From contig MHCP01000015.1 in assembly GCA_001816655.1 (NCBI GenBank), forward strand, positions 96,049 through 160,048: a stretch of 64,000 nt of DNA, in the 5' to 3' direction. Below the pieces are notes generated by a model. That model was not told the origin of the DNA, made no database searches, and saw only the letters and a list, made by a program, of their open reading frames with translations. Source of the DNA: Candidatus Woykebacteria bacterium RBG_13_40_15 (GTDB lineage Bacteria; Patescibacteriota; Microgenomatia; Woykebacterales; RBG-16-39-9b). This document shows, piece after piece, positions 16,681 to 25,647 of this stretch. The position numbers and the translations under genes were made by a program. Each line of letters begins with the position of its first letter. The stretch's first letter is position 1.

Positions 16681-16772
16681 GAGAATCAAGGCAACTTGAT
16701 AGGGGAGAAGTGATCTATAATCAATCTAAGTTGGTTGTAGGTCATGGCTCCCCGTATCTCTTCTTGATTCTC
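16681..16772 (+). promoter_or_regulatory. Long pnp leader hairpin
   Basis: GAGAATCAAG/CTTGATTCTC outer stem, GGGGAG/CTCCCC, inner TGATCTATAATCAA/TTGGTTGTAGGTCA with G-U pairs on the + strand. Confidence 0.65.
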
Positions 16773-16788
16773 CAAGATAAAAAATTTC

Positions 16789-18864
16789 ATGGATAGAAGA
16801 AAATTAATAAAAAAAGAAATAACTTGGGCAGGCAAAACCCTGTCGCTGCAGTATGGAAAAATTGCGGAACAAGCGGATAGCGCTATTTTGGCCCGTTATG
16901 GCGACACTATGGTTTTGGCTACTGTGGTTTCAGCGCCGCCGCGTGAGGACGTGGACTTCTTCCCTTTAAGCGTTGACTATGAAGAGAAGCTTTATGCAGC
17001 GGGTCGAATTTCTACATCCCGGTTTATAAAAAGGGAGGGGCGCCCAACAGACGAAGCAATTTTGAACGGTAGATTAATTGACCGTTCAATAAGACCTCTT
17101 TTCCCTAAGGATTATTCGAATGAGGTGCAGGTAATAGTAACTGTTTTATCGTACGATCAAGAGAATGATCCAGATATTCCTTCGCTACTTGCTACGAGCG
17201 CTGTTTTGCAAACCTCCCCTATTCCTTGGGACGGCGAACTTGTTGGGGTTAGAGTTGGTTTTGGCAATGGGGGCTTTCTTTTAAACCCAACAAAAAACGA
17301 AGAGTCATTTTCAGACATGTCTCTAACTGTTTCTTTCAACAAGGAAAAAGTCGTAATGATTGAGTGTGGGGCCAATGAGATAGCCGAAGATGTTATTTTG
17401 GAGGCTTTAAAGTTTGGTAGAGAACAAGCAAAGCCGGCGCTCGAGATGATTAGTGAACTAGTAACCGAGGTTGGAGCTGAAAAAGCAAAAGTCGAAAAAG
17501 AAAAAATAGATGAAAAACTCGAAGCAGAAATTGTCTCTTTTATTAAAGAGAATTTCAAAAAAGACCTCTTTGATCCTGATAAAAGTGGCAAGGAAAGCGT
17601 CTTCGAGGACATGAAAGAGAATTTGTACGAAAAATTTGAGGGGAAGCTGACAAAGACTGAAATGAGTAAGATTTTCGATACGACAGTTAAAAAAATGGTT
17701 CGTGAAAATATTGTTCAGGACGAGAAAAGACCCGATAACCGCCCTCTAACGGAGGTAAGACCAATAGAAATTGAGGTTGGGGTTTTGCCCCGCACACATG
17801 GGTCGGCTATTTTTAGACGAGGGGACACTCAGGTTTTGAGTGTAGCGACGCTGGGTTCGACCTCCTTGGAACAATTAATAGAGGGAATGGAAGGGGAAGC
17901 GAAAAAGCGATTCATGCATCACTATACTTTTCCTCCCTTTTCCACCGGAGAGGTTCGCCGCTTAGGGTCTCCAGGAAGGAGAGAAATTGGGCACGGGGTT
18001 TTAGCAGAAAAATCCCTAGTCCCTGTAATTCCTGAGGATGACAAATTTCCATATACTATCAGAGTAGTATCCGAAGTCTTGTCTTCCTCTGGTTCGACAT
18101 CTATGGGAAGTATTTGCGGTTCAGTTCTTGCCCTGATGGACGCTGGGGTTCCAATTGCAGCACCTGTTTCTGGTATAGCCATGGGGTTGGTAATTGAAGG
18201 AGAGAAATACAAAATCTTAACAGATCTACAAGCGTTGGAAGATTTTTATGGGGATATGGATTTTAAAATTGCTGGGACTACCAAAGGGGTTACAGGAATT
18301 CAGCTTGACGTAAAAATCGATGGCTTAAACGATAAAATTATATCAGAAACCCTTTCAAGGGCAAAAGAAGGAAGAGCCTTTATACTCGACCAGATGTTAA
18401 AAGCTTTGCCAAAATCAAGAGAAGATATCTCAAAATACGCACCAAAAGTAATGGTTGTTAACATTCCTCAGAAAAAGATAGGCGAGGTTATTGGTAGTGG
18501 TGGTAAAACAATTAATAGAATAATTGACGAAACAGGTGCAGCAATTGATATTGATGATGACGGGACAGTCCACATAACAAGCACGACAGAGGAGGGCTTG
18601 AACAAAGCAGCGGATTGGATAAAAGGACTCACTCATGAAGTTCGCCCCGGCGAAATCTATGAGGGAACCGTAAAGAGAATAATGCCGTTTGGGGCAATGG
18701 TCGAAATTTTACCTGGAAAAGAAGGGTTGGTACATATTTCTCAGCTGGCTACATACCGGGTTGAAGACATTAACAAAGAAGTGGAAGCTGGCCAGAAATT
18801 TAAAGTAAAAGTACTTGAGATTGATCATCAAGGACGAGTAAACCTCACCCGCAAAGGGGTATAA
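16789..18864 (+). CDS. pnp: Polyribonucleotide nucleotidyltransferase
   Basis: DFFPLSVDYEE, RREIGHG, GDMDFKIAGT; KH and S1 domains. Confidence 0.98.
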   Translation: MDRRKLIKKEITWAGKTLSLQYGKIAEQADSAILARYGDTMVLATVVSAPPREDVDFFPLSVDYEEKLYAAGRISTSRFIKREGRPTDEAILNGRLIDRSIRPLFPKDYSNEVQVIVTVLSYDQENDPDIPSLLATSAVLQTSPIPWDGELVGVRVGFGNGGFLLNPTKNEESFSDMSLTVSFNKEKVVMIECGANEIAEDVILEALKFGREQAKPALEMISELVTEVGAEKAKVEKEKIDEKLEAEIVSFIKENFKKDLFDPDKSGKESVFEDMKENLYEKFEGKLTKTEMSKIFDTTVKKMVRENIVQDEKRPDNRPLTEVRPIEIEVGVLPRTHGSAIFRRGDTQVLSVATLGSTSLEQLIEGMEGEAKKRFMHHYTFPPFSTGEVRRLGSPGRREIGHGVLAEKSLVPVIPEDDKFPYTIRVVSEVLSSSGSTSMGSICGSVLALMDAGVPIAAPVSGIAMGLVIEGEKYKILTDLQALEDFYGDMDFKIAGTTKGVTGIQLDVKIDGLNDKIISETLSRAKEGRAFILDQMLKALPKSREDISKYAPKVMVVNIPQKKIGEVIGSGGKTINRIIDETGAAIDIDDDGTVHITSTTEEGLNKAADWIKGLTHEVRPGEIYEGTVKRIMPFGAMVEILPGKEGLVHISQLATYRVEDINKEVEAGQKFKVKVLEIDHQGRVNLTRKGV

Positions 18865-18874
18865 GTTTTCTTTA

Positions 18875-19486
18875 ATGGAAAAAAGCAGACTTTTACAGCT
18901 AGCCAAACAAATTGAAGTTTGCCGCCGTTGCGATTTATATAAAGGTGCAAAAAACGCAGTTCCCGGCGAAGGAAATCCCAAAACAGGCATTTTATTTATA
19001 GGGGAAGCCCCTGGTTTTAATGAAGATATCCAGGGTTTACCATTTGTCGGCAATGCTGGTAAATACTTAGATAATTTGCTAACAAAGATAGGTTTAAGTC
19101 GAGGGGATGTTTTTATAACAAACATGGTGAAGCACCGACCACCTGAGAATCGGGATCCTAGTTTTGGTGAAATTGCAGCTTGTAATGCATGGTTGGAGGA
19201 GCAACTGACAATAATAGAGCCAAAGGTTATTGTTACATTGGGTAGGCTAAGTTTAAATTATTTTTTGCCAAACGCAAAAATATCAGATGTTCATGGGCAT
19301 CCGTATCGTGTCCGAAATTATATTGTTTTACCGATGTATCATCCAGCAGCTGCTTTAAGGAGTATGCAGATAACAACAGAATTAGAGAGCGATTTTCAAA
19401 AAAACCTAGAATTACTAAATAATCCAGATCTTAGCAAGCATATTACGGAATCGTATCAGGACAGCGGGCAGGCCAGCCTTTTTTAA
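18875..19486 (+). CDS. Uracil-DNA glycosylase family 4 (Fe-S)
   Basis: CRRC, GEAPGFNED, PFVG, RPPENRDP, YHPAA. Confidence 0.92.
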   Translation: MEKSRLLQLAKQIEVCRRCDLYKGAKNAVPGEGNPKTGILFIGEAPGFNEDIQGLPFVGNAGKYLDNLLTKIGLSRGDVFITNMVKHRPPENRDPSFGEIAACNAWLEEQLTIIEPKVIVTLGRLSLNYFLPNAKISDVHGHPYRVRNYIVLPMYHPAAALRSMQITTELESDFQKNLELLNNPDLSKHITESYQDSGQASLF

Positions 19487-19488
19487 AT

Positions 19489-21186
19489 ATGAGTAAAAAA
19501 TTTAAATTAAATGAAAATAGAAGCTATTACGGTAGAGGAAAGTTGAAATTTTTGCCGCTTGGAGGTAATGGTCAAGTGACAAAAAACATGTTCGTTTACG
19601 AATATGGCAGTGATATTTTATTAATTGATTGCGGTATGGGTTTCCCAAGTGAAATGCTCTACGGTGTTGATATGGTTATCCCAGATATTTCTTACCTTGC
19701 TGATAAACGTAATAAAATAAGAGCATTCCTAATTACCCATGGACACGAAGACCATATTGGGGCTCTGCCGTATATTATTGATAAAATTTCTGTTCCAATT
19801 TATGCCACGAAGCTAACAATTGGGTTAATAAAAGCCAGATTAAAAGAAGCAGGAAAACTTAATTTTGCTAATTTTGTTCAAGTAGAGCCTGGAAAAAGAT
19901 ATCAAATCGGCTCCTTTTCAGTAGAACCTTTCCAAGTAAGCCATTCGATTCCCGATTCGGTTGGCTACTACTTAAGTACACCCTTAGGTAGCTTCGTTCA
20001 TACGGGGGATTACAAATTTGACTGGAGCCCGATTGATGGAAGAACCACTGATGTTGAGCGGTTAACAGAGTACGGTAAAAAAGGAGTGCTGGCGCTGATG
20101 AGCGATTGTTTAAGAAGTGAGAAACCAGGAACTACATTGTCGGAGGCGGATATTGGAAAAAATTTTGAAGAGGCAATGAGGGAAACAAGCGGGAGAGTAA
20201 TCATCACAACCTTTTCCTCCAATGTTTCAAGAATACAGCAAGGTATAGATGCCAGTATAAAAAACAATCGCAAGGTATCAATTGCCGGAAGAAGTATGGA
20301 ACAAAACGTAAAAGTTGCAATAGATTTGGGTTATTTGAAAATTCCAAAAGATGTAGTAGTAGGCTTAAATCAAATAGACAAAATCCCCGACAGAAACCTA
20401 ACTTTAATTGTCGCTGGAAGTCAGGGTCAACCAGGAAGTAGCTTATCGAGGATTGCAGCTAGCGAACACAAATTTATCAATATAAAAAAAGGGGACTTAA
20501 TTATTTTTTCTGCTGACCCGATTCCTGGAAATCAAGACTCTGTATATGAGATGATTGACAATCTTTCAAAACTCGGGGCAATAATAAAATACTCTGATAT
20601 AACTTCTGATTTTCACGTATCTGGGCATGCGTCACAAAGTGAACTGATGCTTATGCTTTCACTGGTTAGACCAAAATACTTGGTCCCAATTTCAGGCATG
20701 CACCGGCAGATGCAACAGTATGCACTGCTTGCAAGAGGAAACGGAATACCTTCTCAAAATATATTTGTTGTTGACGAAGGTGGCCTAATAGAATTTGACG
20801 AACATGGTGCAAGAACCTGTGGTGAAGTAGAAACAACCAATGTTTTTGTGGACGGAATTGGCGTTGGGGACGTTGGCTCAATAGTTCTTAGAGACAGGAA
20901 AACTTTAGCTGAAGAGGGAATTGTAGTAGTGATAATTACGATCCATAAAAAAACAAGCCAATTGATTGAGGAGCCGGAGATTGTTTCACGAGGCTTCGTT
21001 TATATGAGAGAAAGCGAGGATCTTATGAAAGAAGCAGTAAAAGTAGTAAAAAAGAGCATAGGAAACAATGGAAGAATTAAAAATTGGATGGTTATCCGCG
21101 AAAGAGTAACAGAGGACCTTGAAAAATTTCTTTTCCAAAAAACCGCCCGCCGCCCAATGGTCCTGCCAGTGATTATTGATGTTTAA
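19489..21186 (+). CDS. rnj: Ribonuclease J
   Basis: THGHEDHIG, HSIPD, HTGDYKFD, HVSGHA, RRPMVLP. Confidence 0.96.
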   Translation: MSKKFKLNENRSYYGRGKLKFLPLGGNGQVTKNMFVYEYGSDILLIDCGMGFPSEMLYGVDMVIPDISYLADKRNKIRAFLITHGHEDHIGALPYIIDKISVPIYATKLTIGLIKARLKEAGKLNFANFVQVEPGKRYQIGSFSVEPFQVSHSIPDSVGYYLSTPLGSFVHTGDYKFDWSPIDGRTTDVERLTEYGKKGVLALMSDCLRSEKPGTTLSEADIGKNFEEAMRETSGRVIITTFSSNVSRIQQGIDASIKNNRKVSIAGRSMEQNVKVAIDLGYLKIPKDVVVGLNQIDKIPDRNLTLIVAGSQGQPGSSLSRIAASEHKFINIKKGDLIIFSADPIPGNQDSVYEMIDNLSKLGAIIKYSDITSDFHVSGHASQSELMLMLSLVRPKYLVPISGMHRQMQQYALLARGNGIPSQNIFVVDEGGLIEFDEHGARTCGEVETTNVFVDGIGVGDVGSIVLRDRKTLAEEGIVVVIITIHKKTSQLIEEPEIVSRGFVYMRESEDLMKEAVKVVKKSIGNNGRIKNWMVIRERVTEDLEKFLFQKTARRPMVLPVIIDV

Positions 21187-21219
21187 CCTGACGTATCCTC
21201 TATCGTTTCACTTACTTTC

Positions 21220-21819
21220 CTAAAGTGCTCCGCACTTAAATAAAATAACCCCCCCTTCCTGATCATAGTAATACTCATCTGTAAAAGATTCTGGAGCAAC
21301 TTCTTCGTCGGCACCAAACCCGTATATTTCCTTTAACTGGGGGAGGGTGTACCTGGGAGCCCAAGTCATGGGCTGTTTTTTGAATCGATGGGCGATTTCT
21401 TCTGCCTGCTTTTGGATTTCTGAAACCCAAGCTGTACCGTTTTTAATTATGATTTTAACATCCAATTCCCGACTGTCCGCTCGTTCAACAACTTCGCCCA
21501 ATTGCCTTCCGAGTTCTTGATTTTCAGGTGAAAGAGTATCGTAATCAATCATTATATATGCAAATCCCGTTTGGACGCTTTCTTTATTTGCTGAGGTAGA
21601 TCGTGTATGGACATTTTTATCGTATAATTCTTCGCACGCTGTTACTAGAGGAGTCTCAACTATGTCTCTTATATCTTCTCTCTTTCGGATTGGCCGGTAA
21701 CTTTGTTTAATAGGCGCGACTTCATCTAATCTGACTGGTGTTTCTTCAGGCCTCTCAAGGTCAGGATTTTGTGTTTGCGGGCCGATTTCCTCTGGTGAAG
21801 GGCCGGGTATTTCGCTCAT
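21220..21819 (-). CDS. Hypothetical protein; probable frameshift near the 3' end (true end likely 21183)
   Basis: 199 aa ORF; removing one G from a G7 run restores a C-terminus ending at a TTAA shared with rnj. Confidence 0.7.
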   Translation of the reverse strand: MSEIPGPSPEEIGPQTQNPDLERPEETPVRLDEVAPIKQSYRPIRKREDIRDIVETPLVTACEELYDKNVHTRSTSANKESVQTGFAYIMIDYDTLSPENQELGRQLGEVVERADSRELDVKIIIKNGTAWVSEIQKQAEEIAHRFKKQPMTWAPRYTLPQLKEIYGFGADEEVAPESFTDEYYYDQEGGVILFKCGAL

Positions 21820-21927
21820 GATTTAATTATTGCTGCAGGAGAAGAAGTAAGTCAAATTAATAAACGATGGTCTTGAAGCAGTCATTAGCTTGAACCCCAG
21901 AGTAATTGAGGGTATAATTACCTCACA

Positions 21928-24024
21928 ATGCCCTATCGTCGAAGAAAGTACTCAACAGGTTTTTCAAAGATCAAGCTAAAGAAAAAGACTTTCCAAGCAC
22001 TGGCGGGATTGGTTTTTATTTTGGCTGCGGGTATTACTTTGCTTTCACTTTTCAGTGTTTCATATCCAGCAGTTCTGCTACACGAACAACTTGTAAAATA
22101 TTTCGGGTTTATTACGCCACTTCTGCCAATTGCCCTAACAGTAGCTGGACTCTTCCTTTTGAAAGTAAAGCTACCAATCACTGGGGCGAACAGTGTGGCT
22201 GGGCTATATCTATTCCTGCTTTCGATCCTTTCGTTGGTGGCCACCTTTTCCCCAGCAAAAGGGGGAGTTGTTGGTCAGTCTATCGCTGATATCTTAAGTC
22301 AAACACTTTCCAAGCCAGGGGCCTTTTTTACCTTTTTTATTTTGATGCTTGTTTCGATTGTGGTCTTTTTCAACACATCTCTCGAGACGCTAATAAACGT
22401 TCTTGGGCTTGCCGGTTCTGCTACCCTTTCTTTTCTTAAAGCCGTATTTGCCGGAAAAGAAGGAGAGGAAGAAGAAAAAGAACCAACATTTACTACGAGA
22501 GGTTTAGATAATCAAGCGAAGGCCGAAAAAGAAGAGGAACTTCCTAGTATGAAAGCTCCGATAACTAATTTGCCTGGAAGCGAAGACGTTTGGGAATACC
22601 CCCCCATTGATTTGTTGACAGATAGTCTTGGTGCGAAAGCAACCCGTGGGGATATAAAACAAAGTGCAGCAATTATTGAGAAAACTTTAGAATCGTTTGG
22701 TATTCAAGCAAAAGTTGTTGAGGTAAATATGGGTCCGGCTGTTACCCAATACGCACTCGAAATTGCACTCGGAACAAAACTAACAAAAATTACCTCTTTA
22801 GCCAATGATATTGCCTTGGCGCTAGCCGCTCCTACGGGGACAGTTCGTATAGAAGCGCCAATTCCTGGAAAATCATTAGTTGGTATAGAAGTACCAAACC
22901 TGACATTAGAAATAGTACCGCTTAAAAACGTCTTAACCTCCGCACAAATGCAAAAAGCGAAATCAAAGGTAGAACTTGCGCTGGGCTTAGATGTTTCTGG
23001 CCAATCAGTGGTTGATGACTTAGCTCGAATGCCTCATATGCTTATAGCAGGTAGTACTGGTTCTGGTAAAAGTGTAGCGATCAATGCCTTTATCGCAACA
23101 ATTTTGTTCCGGGCCTCTCCCAACGAAGTAAAATTTATTTTAGTCGATCCAAAAATAGTCGAGCTTTCAAATTGGACGGGCATTCCCCATCTCCTAACCC
23201 CCGTTATTAATGAGCCGGAAAAGGTACTCTCGGCACTTCGTTGGGCAATTGGGGAAATGGAAAAAAGATACAAATTATTTGCGGAAATAGGGGCACGCAA
23301 CATAAATATGTATAACGAGATGAGCGGCTTCCAAGCCTTGCCCTATATAGTTATTATTATCGACGAGTTGGCAGATATCATGCTGTTTGCTCCAGTCGAG
23401 GTTGAAGATGCTATCACTAGACTTGCCCAAATGTCCCGAGCTGTCGGGATCCATATGATTTTGGCAACACAACGCCCAAGTGTCGATGTTTTGACAGGAT
23501 TGATAAAAGCCAATATTCCCTGCCGGGTTTCATTTAATGTCACAAGTCAGATTGACAGCCGGGTAATTATTGACCAGGTTGGTTCCGAAAAATTACTGGG
23601 AAGGGGAGATATGCTTTATGTTCCGCCAGACGCATCGAAGCCATCAAGAATCCAGGGAGTTTTTGTCTCGGAGCCGGAAATAAACAGGTTGATTGGCTTC
23701 TTAAAGAAATCCGGAATAGAACCTCAATATACCGAAGAGGTAACGACAACCCCGGTTTCAAAATTAGCCGGTAAGAAAGGGACAGAAGATGAACTTTTTG
23801 AAGAAGCGGTAAAAGCTGTTGTTCAATACGACCGTGCAAGCGCGTCATTATTGCAGAGACGTTTACGTATCGGTTACGCAAGGGCAGCAAGGCTTTTAGA
23901 CGAGTTAGAAGGTGCTGGTGTTGTGGGAGTAGCCGATGGTAGTAAGGCGCGAGACGTTTTGGTAAAAGATGCGGAAAGAGTAATAGGTAGCGCGTCCAAG
24001 GAGGGATCTGAAGAAAAAGGCTAA
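21928..24024 (+). CDS. ftsK: DNA translocase FtsK/SpoIIIE
   Basis: N-terminal TMs, PHMLIAGSTGSGKS, IDELAD, ATQRPS, gamma domain LQRRLRIGYARAAR. Confidence 0.97.
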   Translation: MPYRRRKYSTGFSKIKLKKKTFQALAGLVFILAAGITLLSLFSVSYPAVLLHEQLVKYFGFITPLLPIALTVAGLFLLKVKLPITGANSVAGLYLFLLSILSLVATFSPAKGGVVGQSIADILSQTLSKPGAFFTFFILMLVSIVVFFNTSLETLINVLGLAGSATLSFLKAVFAGKEGEEEEKEPTFTTRGLDNQAKAEKEEELPSMKAPITNLPGSEDVWEYPPIDLLTDSLGAKATRGDIKQSAAIIEKTLESFGIQAKVVEVNMGPAVTQYALEIALGTKLTKITSLANDIALALAAPTGTVRIEAPIPGKSLVGIEVPNLTLEIVPLKNVLTSAQMQKAKSKVELALGLDVSGQSVVDDLARMPHMLIAGSTGSGKSVAINAFIATILFRASPNEVKFILVDPKIVELSNWTGIPHLLTPVINEPEKVLSALRWAIGEMEKRYKLFAEIGARNINMYNEMSGFQALPYIVIIIDELADIMLFAPVEVEDAITRLAQMSRAVGIHMILATQRPSVDVLTGLIKANIPCRVSFNVTSQIDSRVIIDQVGSEKLLGRGDMLYVPPDASKPSRIQGVFVSEPEINRLIGFLKKSGIEPQYTEEVTTTPVSKLAGKKGTEDELFEEAVKAVVQYDRASASLLQRRLRIGYARAARLLDELEGAGVVGVADGSKARDVLVKDAERVIGSASKEGSEEKG

Positions 24025-24040
24025 AAATTGGTAGGTTTTT

Positions 24041-24934
24041 ATGAGGACAGTAGGTGAAATTTTAAGTGAGGCCAGGAATAAAAGAAACCTAAGCTATGAG
24101 CAGGTTGAAAAAGAAACAAAGATCCGGAAAAAAATAATTAAGATTCTGGAAGAAAGTGACTGGAGTAGCCTCCCCCCAACTTACATCAAAGGGCTCTTAA
24201 AAAACTATTCAAGTTATTTAGGATTGGAAGAAAAAAGAATTCTAGCTTTTTTCAGAAGGGAATACGATGAGAAAAAATCCCTATCGGGAGTAAAACCTGT
24301 GGCAAAATTACGTACTGGTTTTCGATTTACCCCTGGTGTTGTTACAGCCTTTTTGTTTGGCCTGGTCACACTGGCAGTAGTTTGGTATTTATTTTCCCAG
24401 TACCAGTCTTTTACAGCGCCCCCGAAATTGGAGATTTTAGAACCCAAAGACAATATAAAAATTTCTTCCATGGAGGTCAATGTCGTTGGGCGTACTTGGA
24501 GCGATTCAATTTTAAAAATTAACGGCGAAACAGTGCAAGTTTCTCCCGGAGGTACTTTTTCAGTTGCTGTTGGACTAAAAGAAGGTAATAACACCTTGAC
24601 GATTACCGCGGCTAATAGATTTGGAAAAATTAGTAAAGTTACAAGGACTATTTTGGTCGAATTAACAAAACAAAAAACAAGCACATCTTCAAGCGAGAAA
24701 AATCTGAGCCTTACCCTACAAATTCTGAATAAATCTACCTTCGTAACAGTTGAGGGGGATGGAAAAGTATTTTTCGAAGGGCTAATGTTAGCGAATACAA
24801 AAAAGGAATTTACAGCAAAAGAAAAAATCAAAATCAAGACCGAAAATGGAGCCACAACAAAAGTGGTAATCGATGGGCAAGAATTAATTTTAGGAAAAGA
24901 GGGAGAAAAGGTGGAAAAAGACTTTACCCTATAG
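24041..24934 (+). CDS. RodZ-like HTH membrane protein with extracellular Ig-like domain
   Basis: N-terminal HTH (GEILSEAR..YIKGLLKNYS.YLGL), single TM, beta-rich C-terminus; follows ftsK. Confidence 0.8.
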   Translation: MRTVGEILSEARNKRNLSYEQVEKETKIRKKIIKILEESDWSSLPPTYIKGLLKNYSSYLGLEEKRILAFFRREYDEKKSLSGVKPVAKLRTGFRFTPGVVTAFLFGLVTLAVVWYLFSQYQSFTAPPKLEILEPKDNIKISSMEVNVVGRTWSDSILKINGETVQVSPGGTFSVAVGLKEGNNTLTITAANRFGKISKVTRTILVELTKQKTSTSSSEKNLSLTLQILNKSTFVTVEGDGKVFFEGLMLANTKKEFTAKEKIKIKTENGATTKVVIDGQELILGKEGEKVEKDFTL

Positions 24935-25004
24935 GTAAAAATAACTCTTGCTAACAATATAGAAACTTGCTATTCTTGCTCTACTTTAAAAATAAACTGC
25001 TCTA

Positions 25005-25289
25005 ATGGACGCAACAACTTTTCTTCTTGTAATTATATTTTTAGTCGCGGTCGTTTTAATAGCGGTTGGAGTTTATCTAATCATTGTTCTAACTGAATTC
25101 CGAGCCACAATACGTCACACGAATAAAATCTTAGCTCACGTGGATTCCCTTCTTGAAATCGTAGATAATAAAATTGCCCGGCCAGCAAGTTCATTGGTTG
25201 GAATTTTGGGAGTAGTAAAGGACGTAGCCGATTTATTTAAAGATTTCCAAAATAAAGTGCATAAACATGGAGAATCACACGAGCGATAA
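25005..25289 (+). CDS. Small membrane protein (YtxG/DUF948-like)
   Basis: N-terminal TM plus coiled coil; paired with a YtxH-like gene. Confidence 0.6.
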   Translation: MDATTFLLVIIFLVAVVLIAVGVYLIIVLTEFRATIRHTNKILAHVDSLLEIVDNKIARPASSLVGILGVVKDVADLFKDFQNKVHKHGESHER

Positions 25290-25581
25290 TAAAAATGAAG
25301 AGGGCCTTTTTAAAGGGTTGTTTTTTGGCGTACTTGTTGGGGTTGGTTTAGTTTTATTTCTAAACAGCAAAACTGGAAAAGAATTTGTAGAAAAAGCTAA
25401 AGAAAAAATTGACGAAGTTCTCTCCGAAGATTTAGAGGAAGGTGATTACGAGGAAACGGTGGATGAAAATGTAGTACCAGCACCAGTTGAATCAAGCGCG
25501 CCAGCAGTAACTGAAACAAATGAGGAAACAGCAGAACCAGTAGAACCCCCACACAGATTTTTTGAGAAAAAGGAAGAATAA
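25267..25581 (+). CDS. YtxH-like protein
   Basis: FKGLFFGVLVG..LFL.SKTGKE motif, acidic tail. Confidence 0.65.
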   Translation: MENHTSDNKNEEGLFKGLFFGVLVGVGLVLFLNSKTGKEFVEKAKEKIDEVLSEDLEEGDYEETVDENVVPAPVESSAPAVTETNEETAEPVEPPHRFFEKKEE

Positions 25582-25647
25582 GCTTTTCTTTGCAATCTAC
25601 CCACAGTTCACATATAATTTGAGCTAATCTGCCTTTACCTAAATAAA

